A stretch of DNA of 32,000 nt, taken from the NCBI RefSeq assembly GCF_001548275.1, contig NZ_AP014945.1:1200001-1232000 (forward strand). The letters are read 5' to 3'. Made by a program: the position numbers and the translations under genes. This DNA comes from Caldimicrobium thiodismutans (GTDB lineage Bacteria; Desulfobacterota; Thermodesulfobacteria; Thermodesulfobacteriales; Thermodesulfobacteriaceae). Shown in pieces: positions 1-8,745 of this stretch (positions are counted from its first letter, which is position 1; each line of letters opens with the position of its first letter). A model generated the notes under the pieces. That model searched no databases, was not told where the DNA came from, and worked only from the letters and a program-made list of their open reading frames with translations.

Positions 1-335
1 ATAGGATAATTTCTTTCCTCTGCATACATTATGAGTGTTTCTATAGCTTCTGGAAGAAGTTGGTCATCATCGTCAACAAAAGTAAAATATTCTCCTGTAA
101 CATGATCTAAGCCATTATTTTTATTTCCTGTAGGACCATGCATATATTTTTCATTCTTTACATATTTTATTTTATCCATAGGAAATTCTTTAACAATTTC
201 GCATGCTTTGCCTTCTTTTGTATCATCTGTAACTATTATTTCAAGATTTTTATAAGTTTGTGCTAAAAGACTTTTCAGAGTGTCTTTTAGCGAAGATCTA
301 CCAATTGTTGGAACTATTATGGAAACTTTTTTCAT
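1..335 (-). CDS. Glycosyltransferase family 2 (GT-A fold), N-terminal part; 3' end lies outside the window
   Basis: Own minus-strand translation from the ATG at 335-333 gives MKKVSIIVPTIGRSSLKDTLKSLLAQTYKNLEIIVTDDTKEG...GEYFTFVDDDDQLLPEAIE. This is the typical GT2 N-terminus with an acidic DxD-type cluster. Its ATG overlaps the stop of the upstream methyltransferase (ATGA, 332-335). Confidence 0.75.
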   Translation of the reverse strand, partial: MKKVSIIVPTIGRSSLKDTLKSLLAQTYKNLEIIVTDDTKEGKACEIVKEFPMDKIKYVKNEKYMHGPTGNKNNGLDHVTGEYFTFVDDDDQLLPEAIETLIMYAEERNYP

Positions 336-1384
336 GGTTTTTCAGTTATAAATTCAGAGGGTAATTGAGCTTGAAAGTATAAATTTGTACCAGTAATTAC
401 AGGCATAAGTAAAAAAGTAGTTATTAAAAAAGATATATTTCTGGTAATTTTTAGAATTTTAAAAAATATTTTTCTAAAATTTGATGTATTATAAAAATTT
501 TTGTTTGAAAGTATTTTTTTCTTCACATTTCTTCTAAGATAAACTCCCTTCACGCCAAGTAAAGCATATTCTAATCTTGCTGAATTCTCAAACAGTCTTC
601 TAAACAGATTAGATATTTGAAGTTCTATTATTAATTTGACCTCAAAACCGCAAAAATTAAGGCATCTTTTTAAAGTATATTCATCAAACCACAAAAAATG
701 ATGTGGGGGAAAATTGCCCATAGAGTAATTTAAAGATTTTTTCACAAAACTTAACAATCTTCTATTTGGCACGCTTCCTGCAATATAGCCACCGGGTTTT
801 AAAAGCCTTTTTACATTTTCCAGAAACTCCCTTGGCTTGTCTTGATGTTCAAGCACCTCAAAAAAGGTTATTACATCAAATTTTAGCCCCTCTTTTTCGG
901 CAAAATCCACAAATTCCTCTAAACTCATAGCATAGACATTTTTAAGTCCCCTTTTTTCTCTACAAACTTCAACACTTTTCCTATCAAAGTCTATCCCCCA
1001 GACTTCAAAGCCCATTTCTTGAGCTCTCTTCAAAAACCTTCCGTCTCCACAGCCTAAATCAAGAAGCCTCCCAGATTTTAAAGGAAAATATTTGAAGAAA
1101 GCCTTATGATTTTCTCCCAGAGTTTCTGCTATTCCTAAGTGAAAGACCGTATAACTTTCACTCCCTTCCTCCTCGTAAAACTCTTTTTCAATCTTTAAAG
1201 GCTCCCACCACTCAAGCTCACACCCTTCACAATGATAAAGCTTATACTCCTTTTTATTCCAATCTGATATATATCTTTGGAGGTAGCTTTGTGAGCCTAC
1301 TTTGGTAGAACACACGGGGCATACTATTATTTCCGGCATCATCGTTATTATAATAACACCACCCCGGTGAAAAAACAATCCCAT
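332..1384 (-). CDS. Class I SAM-dependent methyltransferase with N-terminal Zn-ribbon (paralog 1)
   Basis: Supplied ORF. It has CPVC...CEGC cysteine pairs, the SAM motif LLDLGCGDGRF, and DVITFFEVLEHQ and LKPGGYIAGSVPN motifs. An alternative start at the ATGATG at 1342 (MMPEIIVCPVC) is possible. The central part is nearly identical to the 9069-10067 gene. Confidence 0.85.
   Translation of the reverse strand: MGLFFHRGGVIIITMMPEIIVCPVCSTKVGSQSYLQRYISDWNKKEYKLYHCEGCELEWWEPLKIEKEFYEEEGSESYTVFHLGIAETLGENHKAFFKYFPLKSGRLLDLGCGDGRFLKRAQEMGFEVWGIDFDRKSVEVCREKRGLKNVYAMSLEEFVDFAEKEGLKFDVITFFEVLEHQDKPREFLENVKRLLKPGGYIAGSVPNRRLLSFVKKSLNYSMGNFPPHHFLWFDEYTLKRCLNFCGFEVKLIIELQISNLFRRLFENSARLEYALLGVKGVYLRRNVKKKILSNKNFYNTSNFRKIFFKILKITRNISFLITTFLLMPVITGTNLYFQAQLPSEFITEKP
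791..1267. repeat. Direct repeat copy A (477 nt) inside methyltransferase paralog 1
   Basis: Manual gap-free alignment with 9525-10001 gave about 38 mismatches in 477 nt (about 92%). One internal stretch of about 110 nt has a single mismatch. Weaker similarity continues about 25 nt further on the low-coordinate side. Confidence 0.9.
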
Positions 1385-2006
1385 TATTTTACCTTATGGT
1401 GTTAATTTTGAATAGTCAGACTTATTTACTTTCTAAATTGTCACATTTCTGGTAGTCTCTTCCTCTTTACTATCTCTTTAAAGCATAGGAGACTTTGGAC
1501 TTAAGCAAAATAAGGCAATCATCCAAGCCTTACGCTACTCATTGAAAGTATCTTAAATTTTCTTTTGCAAAAAGAGTTAAAATTAAAACCATTGTGAAAA
1601 AACTAAATATTCCCATCACTAAAGATACTCTTCAGCTATTTATTGCAACAGGAATTAATTCTAAATATTTAAAATACTCAAGAAATATATCATCTCTGCA
1701 GATCAATAAAAGAGGCTCCAACTGCTAAGGAAGGAAAAAGGGCTCTAACCTTTTAGATTTGTAAAATTATTCAGCTAAGACAATGACGCTAAGTGAGCCC
1801 TATAATGTTATTTTTTTCACAAAATATTTACATCTTATAATTTTTGGGTATTCTACTTGAACATCGTTTATATTAGGACATCCTTAAAGATGGGAAGGAT
1901 AGTAGAAAATACATTATTAGAAAAACAATTGAAATTTCTTATTCTTTATATATATTGATTATTATTTATTGGATAAAATAAAATTGTATTAAAAAATATG
2001 TAAATT

Positions 2007-3145
2007 ATGCCTAAGATTTTTTTTATATAAAATCACATTTTAGAGAAAGGCAATGGGATACTATAAAAGCTGTTAAAACTTATTTAAATGAAAATTATTC
2101 AGTAATAATACCATCTGATGAGAAAAAACAAAGTTCTGTTAATGTTTTTAAATTTCATACTTCATATAAGGGAAGAATAAAATCTTTAATTGTATCAAAA
2201 TTGCCATTAATTAATTTTCGCTTACTACCTAAAAAAGAAAGTAATGAAGCAGATTTTATTTATACTTGGGGGTATATACCAATTTTGACTAAAAAAAATT
2301 TTATAATAGAGTTTGACAACCCTTATGTTGTGACCTTTTATAATAAGAAAGCATTTGGAATTTATAAAAGTCTGTTTAAAAAATTTTTTAATAAAGCTTA
2401 TAAATTAACATTTATGTCGCAAACATCAATGGAACATTTTTTGTATGAAATAGGAGAGCAATACAGACATAAATGTTTTATTGTTTATCCATTTGTAGAA
2501 AGAAACTATCTAAAAAAGAAAAAAGATATAAATAAAAAGACAATTAATTTTACTTTTGCCGGATTTGATTTCCGATTAAATGGTGGTCCAGAATTATTAA
2601 AAGCTTTTAGCTCTATTAAAAATAAAAATTTAAAATTATTTATTTTTTCGCAAGTGCCAAAGGAGATTAGAAAAGAAGTAAATGACGATAGAATAATAAT
2701 AAATACACCGATTAACCGCCAAGACCTTATTAATCATTTATTGACTACAACCGACATTTTAATTTTACCAACATTTTATGAATCTTTTCCGATCGTAATT
2801 TTAGAAGCATTGTCCTCGGGGTGCGGAATAATTATTACTAATGTCTATGCCACACATGAAATGGTTGAAAGTAATAAAAATGGAATTTTGCTAAGTCATC
2901 CCTTTTTAAAACCTGATAATTATAATGGCTTTGAATTTGTTAATAATACAGTATACAGAATTAATGAATTTACTAAAAATTTTTTAGAGAATAAATTTTA
3001 TGATTCTTTTAGCTTAGAAATAGCTAAAGCCATAGAAATAGGTGCGGAGGAATACAAAAATTGGCAACAAGGAAGTATTGAATTATATGAAAATAAATTT
3101 AGTAAAGAAATTTGGTTAGAAAATTTTAAAAAGATATTTTCATAA
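2007..3145 (+). pseudogene. GT4 (glycosyl transferases group 1) gene interrupted by a frameshift in a T8 tract; possibly phase-variable
   Basis: The ATG at 2007 reads MPKIFFI then a stop at 2028. The long ORF is open from 2015 in another frame, and its only start is a TTG at 2201. One extra T in the T8 run (2017-2024) would give a continuous ~379-codon gene: MPKIFFYIKSHFRERQWDTIKAV...ESFPIVILEALSSGCGIIITNVYATHEMVESNKNGILL (GT4 E-x7-E region). Confidence 0.65.
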
Positions 3146-3148
3146 AAA

Positions 3149-3838
3149 ATGAAAAAAGACAACTTATATGAAAATTTTTCTAAACTTCAACCTTCGGTGG
3201 AAGCTTATTATTGTCTCGATAAATTTTTGATACCAAAATTAGAAGCTGGTTCAAAAATTTTAGAGATAGGGGTTGGTAATGGTGAAATATCTAATTGGTT
3301 GATAGAAAAATATGAGGTATATTGTCTATATATTTCAGAAGAATGTTTAGATAAATTAAATAACAAAATTAAAGCTAAATTTAAATTAGACCTAGAAAAA
3401 GAGAAAATACCGGTTGAAGATAATTTTTTTGATGCGGTAATATGTTTTGCGGTTTTAGAGCATTTAAAAAACTTTAACGAAGCACTTATTGAAATAAAAA
3501 GGGTTTTAAAAAATGAAGGACTGCTTTTTGCCTCCACTCCTAATATAAGTTGGTTACCATTTAGATTAAAATTTTTATTTGGTATGTGCCCTGAAGATTT
3601 TCATACAGCGGACCATGTGAATTTTTGGAACTTAAAAAGATTTAAAAAAATATTTATGGATAATGGTTTTAAAGTGGTTCCTCAATTTACCTCTCTTGGT
3701 TTATTAAATATATTTTTCCCTTTAATTAAAAAATATAGAACTCGTTATTTAGAAATATATGATAAATATATATTTATAGCTACTAACTTTAAAAGCGCTT
3801 TATTAGGTTATAATCAAATAATTATTGCTAAAAAATGA
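3149..3838 (+). CDS. Class I SAM-dependent methyltransferase (Methyltransf_11-like)
   Basis: Supplied ORF with ILEIGVGNGEISNWL (motif I), DAVICFAVLEHLKN and LKNEGLLFASTPN. Its stop TGA (3836-3838) lies inside the ATGA that was the original junction with the next gene. Confidence 0.8.
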   Translation: MKKDNLYENFSKLQPSVEAYYCLDKFLIPKLEAGSKILEIGVGNGEISNWLIEKYEVYCLYISEECLDKLNNKIKAKFKLDLEKEKIPVEDNFFDAVICFAVLEHLKNFNEALIEIKRVLKNEGLLFASTPNISWLPFRLKFLFGMCPEDFHTADHVNFWNLKRFKKIFMDNGFKVVPQFTSLGLLNIFFPLIKKYRTRYLEIYDKYIFIATNFKSALLGYNQIIIAKK

Positions 3839-3933
3839 AAATTTTGGTAGTATTATAAATTTTGTGTATAGATTGGGGAGGTTTAAATTTGAGTCAGTAA
3901 CCTGGGTTGAATTTAAAAAAATTTGGTAAAATC

Positions 3934-3969
3934 CCCTCCTAGCCTCTACCCAAAAACTAACTAGGAGGG
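3934..3969 (+). promoter_or_regulatory. Hairpin that can sequester the transposase Shine-Dalgarno sequence
   Basis: CCCTCCTAG (3934-3942) is perfectly complementary to CTAGGAGGG (3961-3969), with an 18-nt loop between them. The 3' arm contains the AGGAGGG located 5 nt upstream of the transposase ATG at 3975. Confidence 0.5.
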
Positions 3970-3974
3970 CGAAA

Positions 3975-5228
3975 ATGAAGGATCCGCTCTATGAGAACCT
4001 TAAAATTATTATACAACATCCTGAGAAAAAGAAAATACTTGAAAACCTCTTATTTAAGGAAATTAAAAATATGATTAAAAACCTTCTTGAAACTTTGATT
4101 TTGGAAGAAAGAAGAATTTTTTGTGAAGAAATGGATGATGTGGGGAATGGATATTTCTTACGGAGTTTAAAAACACCTTTTGGAGAGATAAAAAATCTTA
4201 GGGTGGCAAGAACAAGGAAGAAAAATTTTAAGACCGCTATTTTTGAGCCTTATTCAAGAGAATTCTTATATTTAGATGAGCTGATTTATTACATGTATGC
4301 TGGTGGGTGTTCTACGAGAGATGTTGCTAACACCTTAGAAAAAATTTACGGGGTTAAATATTCTCCCACTTCTATATCTCGTATTACATCAGTTGTGACT
4401 AAAAAGATAGAGGAATTTAAAAATGCTCCTATAACAAAGTGGTATCCTGTATTATATGTTGATGGGACTTATTTAAAAGTCAGGCGTGGAGGTGTGACAG
4501 AGAATGAAGTAGTTTATTTTGTTGCTGGATTAAGTGAGGATGGACATAAGGAGATTTTAGGATATTGGATACCTGGAGGAAGTGGAGAGAGTGCACTTAA
4601 TTGGAAAGAGATATTTAAAGAACTTTATAAAAGAGGACTAAAAGAACCCCTTTTAGTGGTAGGAGATAACCTTCCTGGGCTTGAAGAAGCTGTAAAACTT
4701 ATCTATCCTCTTGCAGATTTTCAGAGCTGTGTGTTGCATAAGATCCGAAATACTTTGAATAGAGTAAGGAAACGAGAGAGAGCTGCAGTTGCAGAAGATT
4801 TGAAGGAGATATATGAAAGGCACGATGAGAGAGAGTGGAAGCTTGGATTTGAGAGATTTAAGAGGAAATGGGAAAGAATTTATCCTGATATAATAAGGTC
4901 ATGGGAGAGGGATTTGGACAAACTTATGGTTTATTTGAAGTATCCTTATCCTTTGAGGAGATTTATATATACCACGAATGCCCTTGAGAGATTTATTAAG
5001 GAAGTGAAGAGGAGAGTAAAGGTTATAGAAGTATTTCCGAGTGAGGGTTCAGTTGATAAGATTGTTTATTTAGTAGTTGAGGAGATGAATGAGAAGTATA
5101 GGAGTAGGAGACTAAAAAATTTTGAGAGGATAATAGAGGAGCTAAGGGGGGAAAGGAGGGCAAGATATGGGAGTGGAGAGATTAAAATTATTACAAATGA
5201 AAAAGAATTTTATACACAAAAAAGTTGA
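3975..5228 (+). CDS. IS256-family (Mutator-type DDE) transposase
   Basis: Supplied 417-aa ORF. Acidic-triad contexts are LYVDGTYLKV, LVVGDNLPGLEEA and the family signature YTTNALERFIKEVKRRVKV. The SD AGGAGGG sits upstream. Confidence 0.92.
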   Translation: MKDPLYENLKIIIQHPEKKKILENLLFKEIKNMIKNLLETLILEERRIFCEEMDDVGNGYFLRSLKTPFGEIKNLRVARTRKKNFKTAIFEPYSREFLYLDELIYYMYAGGCSTRDVANTLEKIYGVKYSPTSISRITSVVTKKIEEFKNAPITKWYPVLYVDGTYLKVRRGGVTENEVVYFVAGLSEDGHKEILGYWIPGGSGESALNWKEIFKELYKRGLKEPLLVVGDNLPGLEEAVKLIYPLADFQSCVLHKIRNTLNRVRKRERAAVAEDLKEIYERHDEREWKLGFERFKRKWERIYPDIIRSWERDLDKLMVYLKYPYPLRRFIYTTNALERFIKEVKRRVKVIEVFPSEGSVDKIVYLVVEEMNEKYRSRRLKNFERIIEELRGERRARYGSGEIKIITNEKEFYTQKS

Positions 5229-5232
5229 CACT

Positions 5233-6987
5233 ATGAAAATTTTAGGCATACAATTAGGTCATAATTCAACTGTAGCTATTTTACAAGACGGGAAGATTAC
5301 TCATGCAGTCAGCCAAGAGAAATTTGATAATAAAAAAATTTCAAGTAATTTTCCCAAGGAGGCAATTGAATGGTTTTTCAATGAAAGCGGTATAACTCCT
5401 GAAGAAATAAACTATATTGCTATTTGTGGTAAGTTTATTTTTCCTAATCAGCTATACATTGATAACAATACTACATCAGTAAGTTCTTTTAATAAAAAAA
5501 ATTATAAAGATTATGTCAAATATTTGATGGCTACTACTTTTCCTAATTTATACTGGAAATACTTATTCTTAAAAAATAATCTTATCAATAAGAAAACAAA
5601 ACAAAGCCTATTAGAACAATTATCAAAAGTTTTAAATTTAAAAATTGAATCTATTGAAAATAGAATAATTTTTGTTAGACACCATACATGCCATGCCTAT
5701 TCTGCATATTATAGTTGTTTAGACCGTAAAAAACCGGCTTTAATTTTAACCCTCGATGGTAGTGGTGATTATTCATGCTCCACTGTAAGTATATATAATG
5801 AAAAAAATAAGAAAATAGAAAGAATAGCATCTACCCCATGGCTATACTCTCCTGGTTATGTTTATTCAGAAATTACAAGATTTTTAGGAATGAAACCACT
5901 TGAACATGAATACAAAGTTATGGGTTTATCACCTTATTCTAAATATGAAATTTCACGAGAGATTTGCGATAAAATTTTTAAACCCTTGCTTTGGATAGAT
6001 AAAGACGGTTTAACTTTTAAATCTTCTATACCAACAAATCGTTTAATGTATTACTTTAAAGATAAATTATTAGGAATGCGATTTGATAATATTGCTGGAG
6101 GATTACAATTATGGTTAGAAGAATTAGTTATTCAATGGATTAAAAATGCTATTAAAATTACAGGAATTAAAAATATATATTTAGGTGGTGGAGTTTTTAT
6201 GAACGTAAAACTAAATAAAAAAATAATGGAGATGGAAGAGATTGAAGGTTGTTATTTTATGCCATCTTGTGGAGATGAAAGTAATCCCTTTGGCGCTTGT
6301 TTTTATGTTTATAAAACAAAAACAGATAACGACCCTGAACCATTAAAAGATTTATATTTAGGTCCTGAATATTCAGATGAAGAAATTAAACTCTATTTTG
6401 ATAAAAACAAACTACACCAAAAATATAATATTGAATACTATGATGATATAGAAAAAAAAGTAGCAACATTATTGTCAGAATTCAAAATAGTAGCAAGATT
6501 TAAAGGAAGAGCTGAATGGGGAGCAAGAGCACTTGGTAATAGATCAATACTGGCAAATCCTAGTGATCTTAAAAGCTTTTATGAAGTCAATGATACTATT
6601 AAACAAAGAGATTTTTGGATGCCATTTGCCCCCTCAATTTTAGATGAAGACGAAAATAAATATATTATAAATCCTAAAAAAATAAAAGCACCTTATATGA
6701 TTGTTGCCTTTGACTCAACAGAATTGGCACAACAACATCTAAAAGCTGCGATGCACCAAGCTGATAAAACATTAAGACCTCAAATAGTATATAGATCGCA
6801 AAATCCAGACTACTGGCGGCTTATAAAATATTTTAAAGAAATTACGGGAATTGGCGGGGTCTTAAATACGTCGTTAAATTTACATGGATATCCATTAGTG
6901 GCAACTTTAGATCAATTATTATTTACGCTTGAAAATAGTAAATTAAAATACGCAGCCGTTGGTAATTATTTAATATCCAAGAAATAA
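5233..6987 (+). CDS. Carbamoyltransferase (NodU/CmcH family)
   Basis: MKILGIQLGHNSTVAILQDGKITHAVSQEKF is the canonical family N-terminus, and the length (about 584 aa) fits. The supplied ORF start at 5167 is read-through of the IS end and is rejected. Confidence 0.85.
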   Translation: MKILGIQLGHNSTVAILQDGKITHAVSQEKFDNKKISSNFPKEAIEWFFNESGITPEEINYIAICGKFIFPNQLYIDNNTTSVSSFNKKNYKDYVKYLMATTFPNLYWKYLFLKNNLINKKTKQSLLEQLSKVLNLKIESIENRIIFVRHHTCHAYSAYYSCLDRKKPALILTLDGSGDYSCSTVSIYNEKNKKIERIASTPWLYSPGYVYSEITRFLGMKPLEHEYKVMGLSPYSKYEISREICDKIFKPLLWIDKDGLTFKSSIPTNRLMYYFKDKLLGMRFDNIAGGLQLWLEELVIQWIKNAIKITGIKNIYLGGGVFMNVKLNKKIMEMEEIEGCYFMPSCGDESNPFGACFYVYKTKTDNDPEPLKDLYLGPEYSDEEIKLYFDKNKLHQKYNIEYYDDIEKKVATLLSEFKIVARFKGRAEWGARALGNRSILANPSDLKSFYEVNDTIKQRDFWMPFAPSILDEDENKYIINPKKIKAPYMIVAFDSTELAQQHLKAAMHQADKTLRPQIVYRSQNPDYWRLIKYFKEITGIGGVLNTSLNLHGYPLVATLDQLLFTLENSKLKYAAVGNYLISKK

Positions 6988-6988
6988 A

Positions 6989-8727
6989 ATGTGCGGCATT
7001 TTTCTTTTATCTTCTAAAAAACCATTGAGTGATATTGAAATATCAAAGCTTAAATTAATAACCACAAAATTGAGACACCGTGGACCAGACGCAGAAGGCT
7101 TCTTTTTGTCTGAAGACAGACAAGTTTTTATATCTCATTATCGATTAGCTATTATTGACCTAGATGAAAGATCAAATCAGCCAATGATTAAAGAAAATCT
7201 GGTTATAACTTTTAATGGCGAAATTTATAATTTTAAAAAAATTAAACAGGAACTAACTAAAAGGGGTAGTAAATTTTTTACTGAATCTGATACGGAAGTA
7301 ATCTTAGAAGCTTATAAACATTTCGGTAAAGATTGCCTTGATTTATTTACGGGGATGTTTGCTTTTTGTATTTATAATAAAAATTCAAAAGAAATATTTT
7401 GTGCTAGAGATAGAATAGGCGAAAAACCGCTTATTTACTACATTGATGACCAAAAATTGATAATTGCTTCAGAAATACCGGTTATTTTAAGAACTCTTAG
7501 AGAAATTTATAATAGTCAGCCAGATATTGATAATGATATTTTAAGTTTATATTATTTAGGAACATATCGACATATACCTGAGCCTTATTCTATTTGGAAA
7601 GGGATTAAAAAATTAGAGCCCGCTAAATATCTATTAATTAAAGACAATAAAATTCAAGAAAATAATTTTTATTATCAGCCGAAAATTAGCAAAGAATATT
7701 TAAATTATCCAGAATCTAAAATCTGTAAAATGGTTAAACAAAGTTTAATAGAAGCAGTCGAATTAACGACAGTATCAGATGTTCCTTTAGCAGTTTTATT
7801 ATCTGGCGGTGTTGATTCTTCTATTATTAGTTTTATTTTAAAAAAAATTCTAAACAAAGATATAATAGCTTTTACTTATGGTCGAGATGAAAACGACGAA
7901 GAAATTCAAAGAGCAAGGTTGGTCGCCAACAAATTGAAAATTCCATTAAAAATATTTTATTTTAAAGAAGGTGATGTTTTGAAAAGTTTAAGAGATATAA
8001 TATCAATTTATGGCGAACCTCTATGCCTATTTCAATTTGCTTATTCAGATATACTTTATAAAAACATCAGAAATGAAGGCATAAAGGTCGTTATAACAGG
8101 TAATGGCGGAGATGAAATTTTTATGGTTATACCTCGCATCCTAAAACTTTATTATTTTCGTATATGATGAAAATTCTTAATTTTCTAAATTTATTAGATA
8201 ATAGAAAATTAAAAATTTTGAAATATAAATTTATGAGTTTTAAAAATAAATACCCATATGATAAGAAATTAGTCAATTCTATTTTTGACGAATTTGAACC
8301 TCTTTTATCAAATTTCAATAAAAGATTATTAATTGACTTTTCGAATTTTTGGGCTTTAATTAGCGAAAATGCTCATAGCATCACAATGGTCGCAGATATT
8401 GCAGGAATGAAAAACTCTGTAGAAGTAAGATCTCCGTTCTTAAATCATAACTTAGTTGAGTTAGCTTTCTCTATTCATCCTAAATTTAAAATTAAAAAAC
8501 TTTTTGATAAGACGGGTAAATATAATAAATGGATTTTAAAAAAAGCTTTTGAAGATTCCGAAATTAATGATATTCTATTTCTTAAAAAAGTAGGCTTTGG
8601 ATTTTATATCAAGTATGATAAAAACTTTGCTACAGAAAAAAATTTTCGTTTATGGAGCCTTAAAACATTTTCTGATATATTTGAAATTGATCTAAATAAG
8701 AAATTTGCTAATAATATCCTAAAATGA
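6989..8727 (+). pseudogene. asnB: Asparagine synthase (glutamine-hydrolysing, AsnB-like) split by a frameshift at a T5 run
   Basis: ORF1 (6989-8167) starts MCGIF (Cys2 Ntn amidotransferase) and has the PP-loop LLSGGVDSS. The expected G-x-DE-x-F-x-GY motif reads GNGGDEIF, then leaves frame at T5 (8118-8122). One extra T gives ...DEIFYGYTSHPKTLLFSYMMKILNF..., joining ORF2 (8164-8727). Confidence 0.8.
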
Positions 8728-8745
8728 TTTGTTTTTGTTATTAAA

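Larger units (their letters stand above)
3846..5235 (+). mobile_element. IS256-family insertion sequence (about 1.39 kb), apparently intact
   Basis: It has imperfect terminal inverted repeats: GGTAGTATTATAAATTTTGTGTATA (3846-3870) against the reverse complement of 5211-5235, CATAGTGTCAACTTTTTTGTGTATA (17/25 identical). It is flanked by an 8-bp direct repeat AAAATTTT (3838-3845 and 5236-5243). It encodes a Mutator/IS256-type transposase. The exact ends are uncertain by 1-3 nt. Confidence 0.85.

Noticed and set aside
1594-1728. 44-codon GTG ORF (VKKLNIPITKDTLQLFIATGINSKYLKYSRNISSLQINKRGSNC) in the AT-rich intergenic region
   Set aside because: It is short, has no RBS and has no recognisable domain. 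This is consistent with a chance ORF in non-coding DNA.
1929-1956. Promoter-like hexamers: TTGAAA-N16-TATATT here, TTGCAT…TATAAT at 12855-12881 with 15-nt spacing, and TTCAAA-N16-TATATT at 27717-27744 upstream of prfB
   Set aside because: Such matches arise easily by chance in AT-rich DNA, and the spacing is suboptimal in one case. They are not reported as features without TSS data.
3208-3537. 109-aa minus-strand ORF inside the methyltransferase gene
   Set aside because: It is antisense to a well-supported CDS, has low-complexity composition, and has no motif or RBS. It is a shadow ORF.
5167-5232. N-terminal extension of the carbamoyltransferase ORF (MGVERLKLLQMKKNFIHKKVDT)
   Set aside because: This part lies inside the IS256 right end and transposase 3' end. 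The family N-terminus MKILGIQ begins at 5233.
8127-8318. 63-aa minus-strand ORF across the asnB frameshift region
   Set aside because: It is antisense to the asnB-like gene, AT-rich and low-complexity, with no supporting signals.
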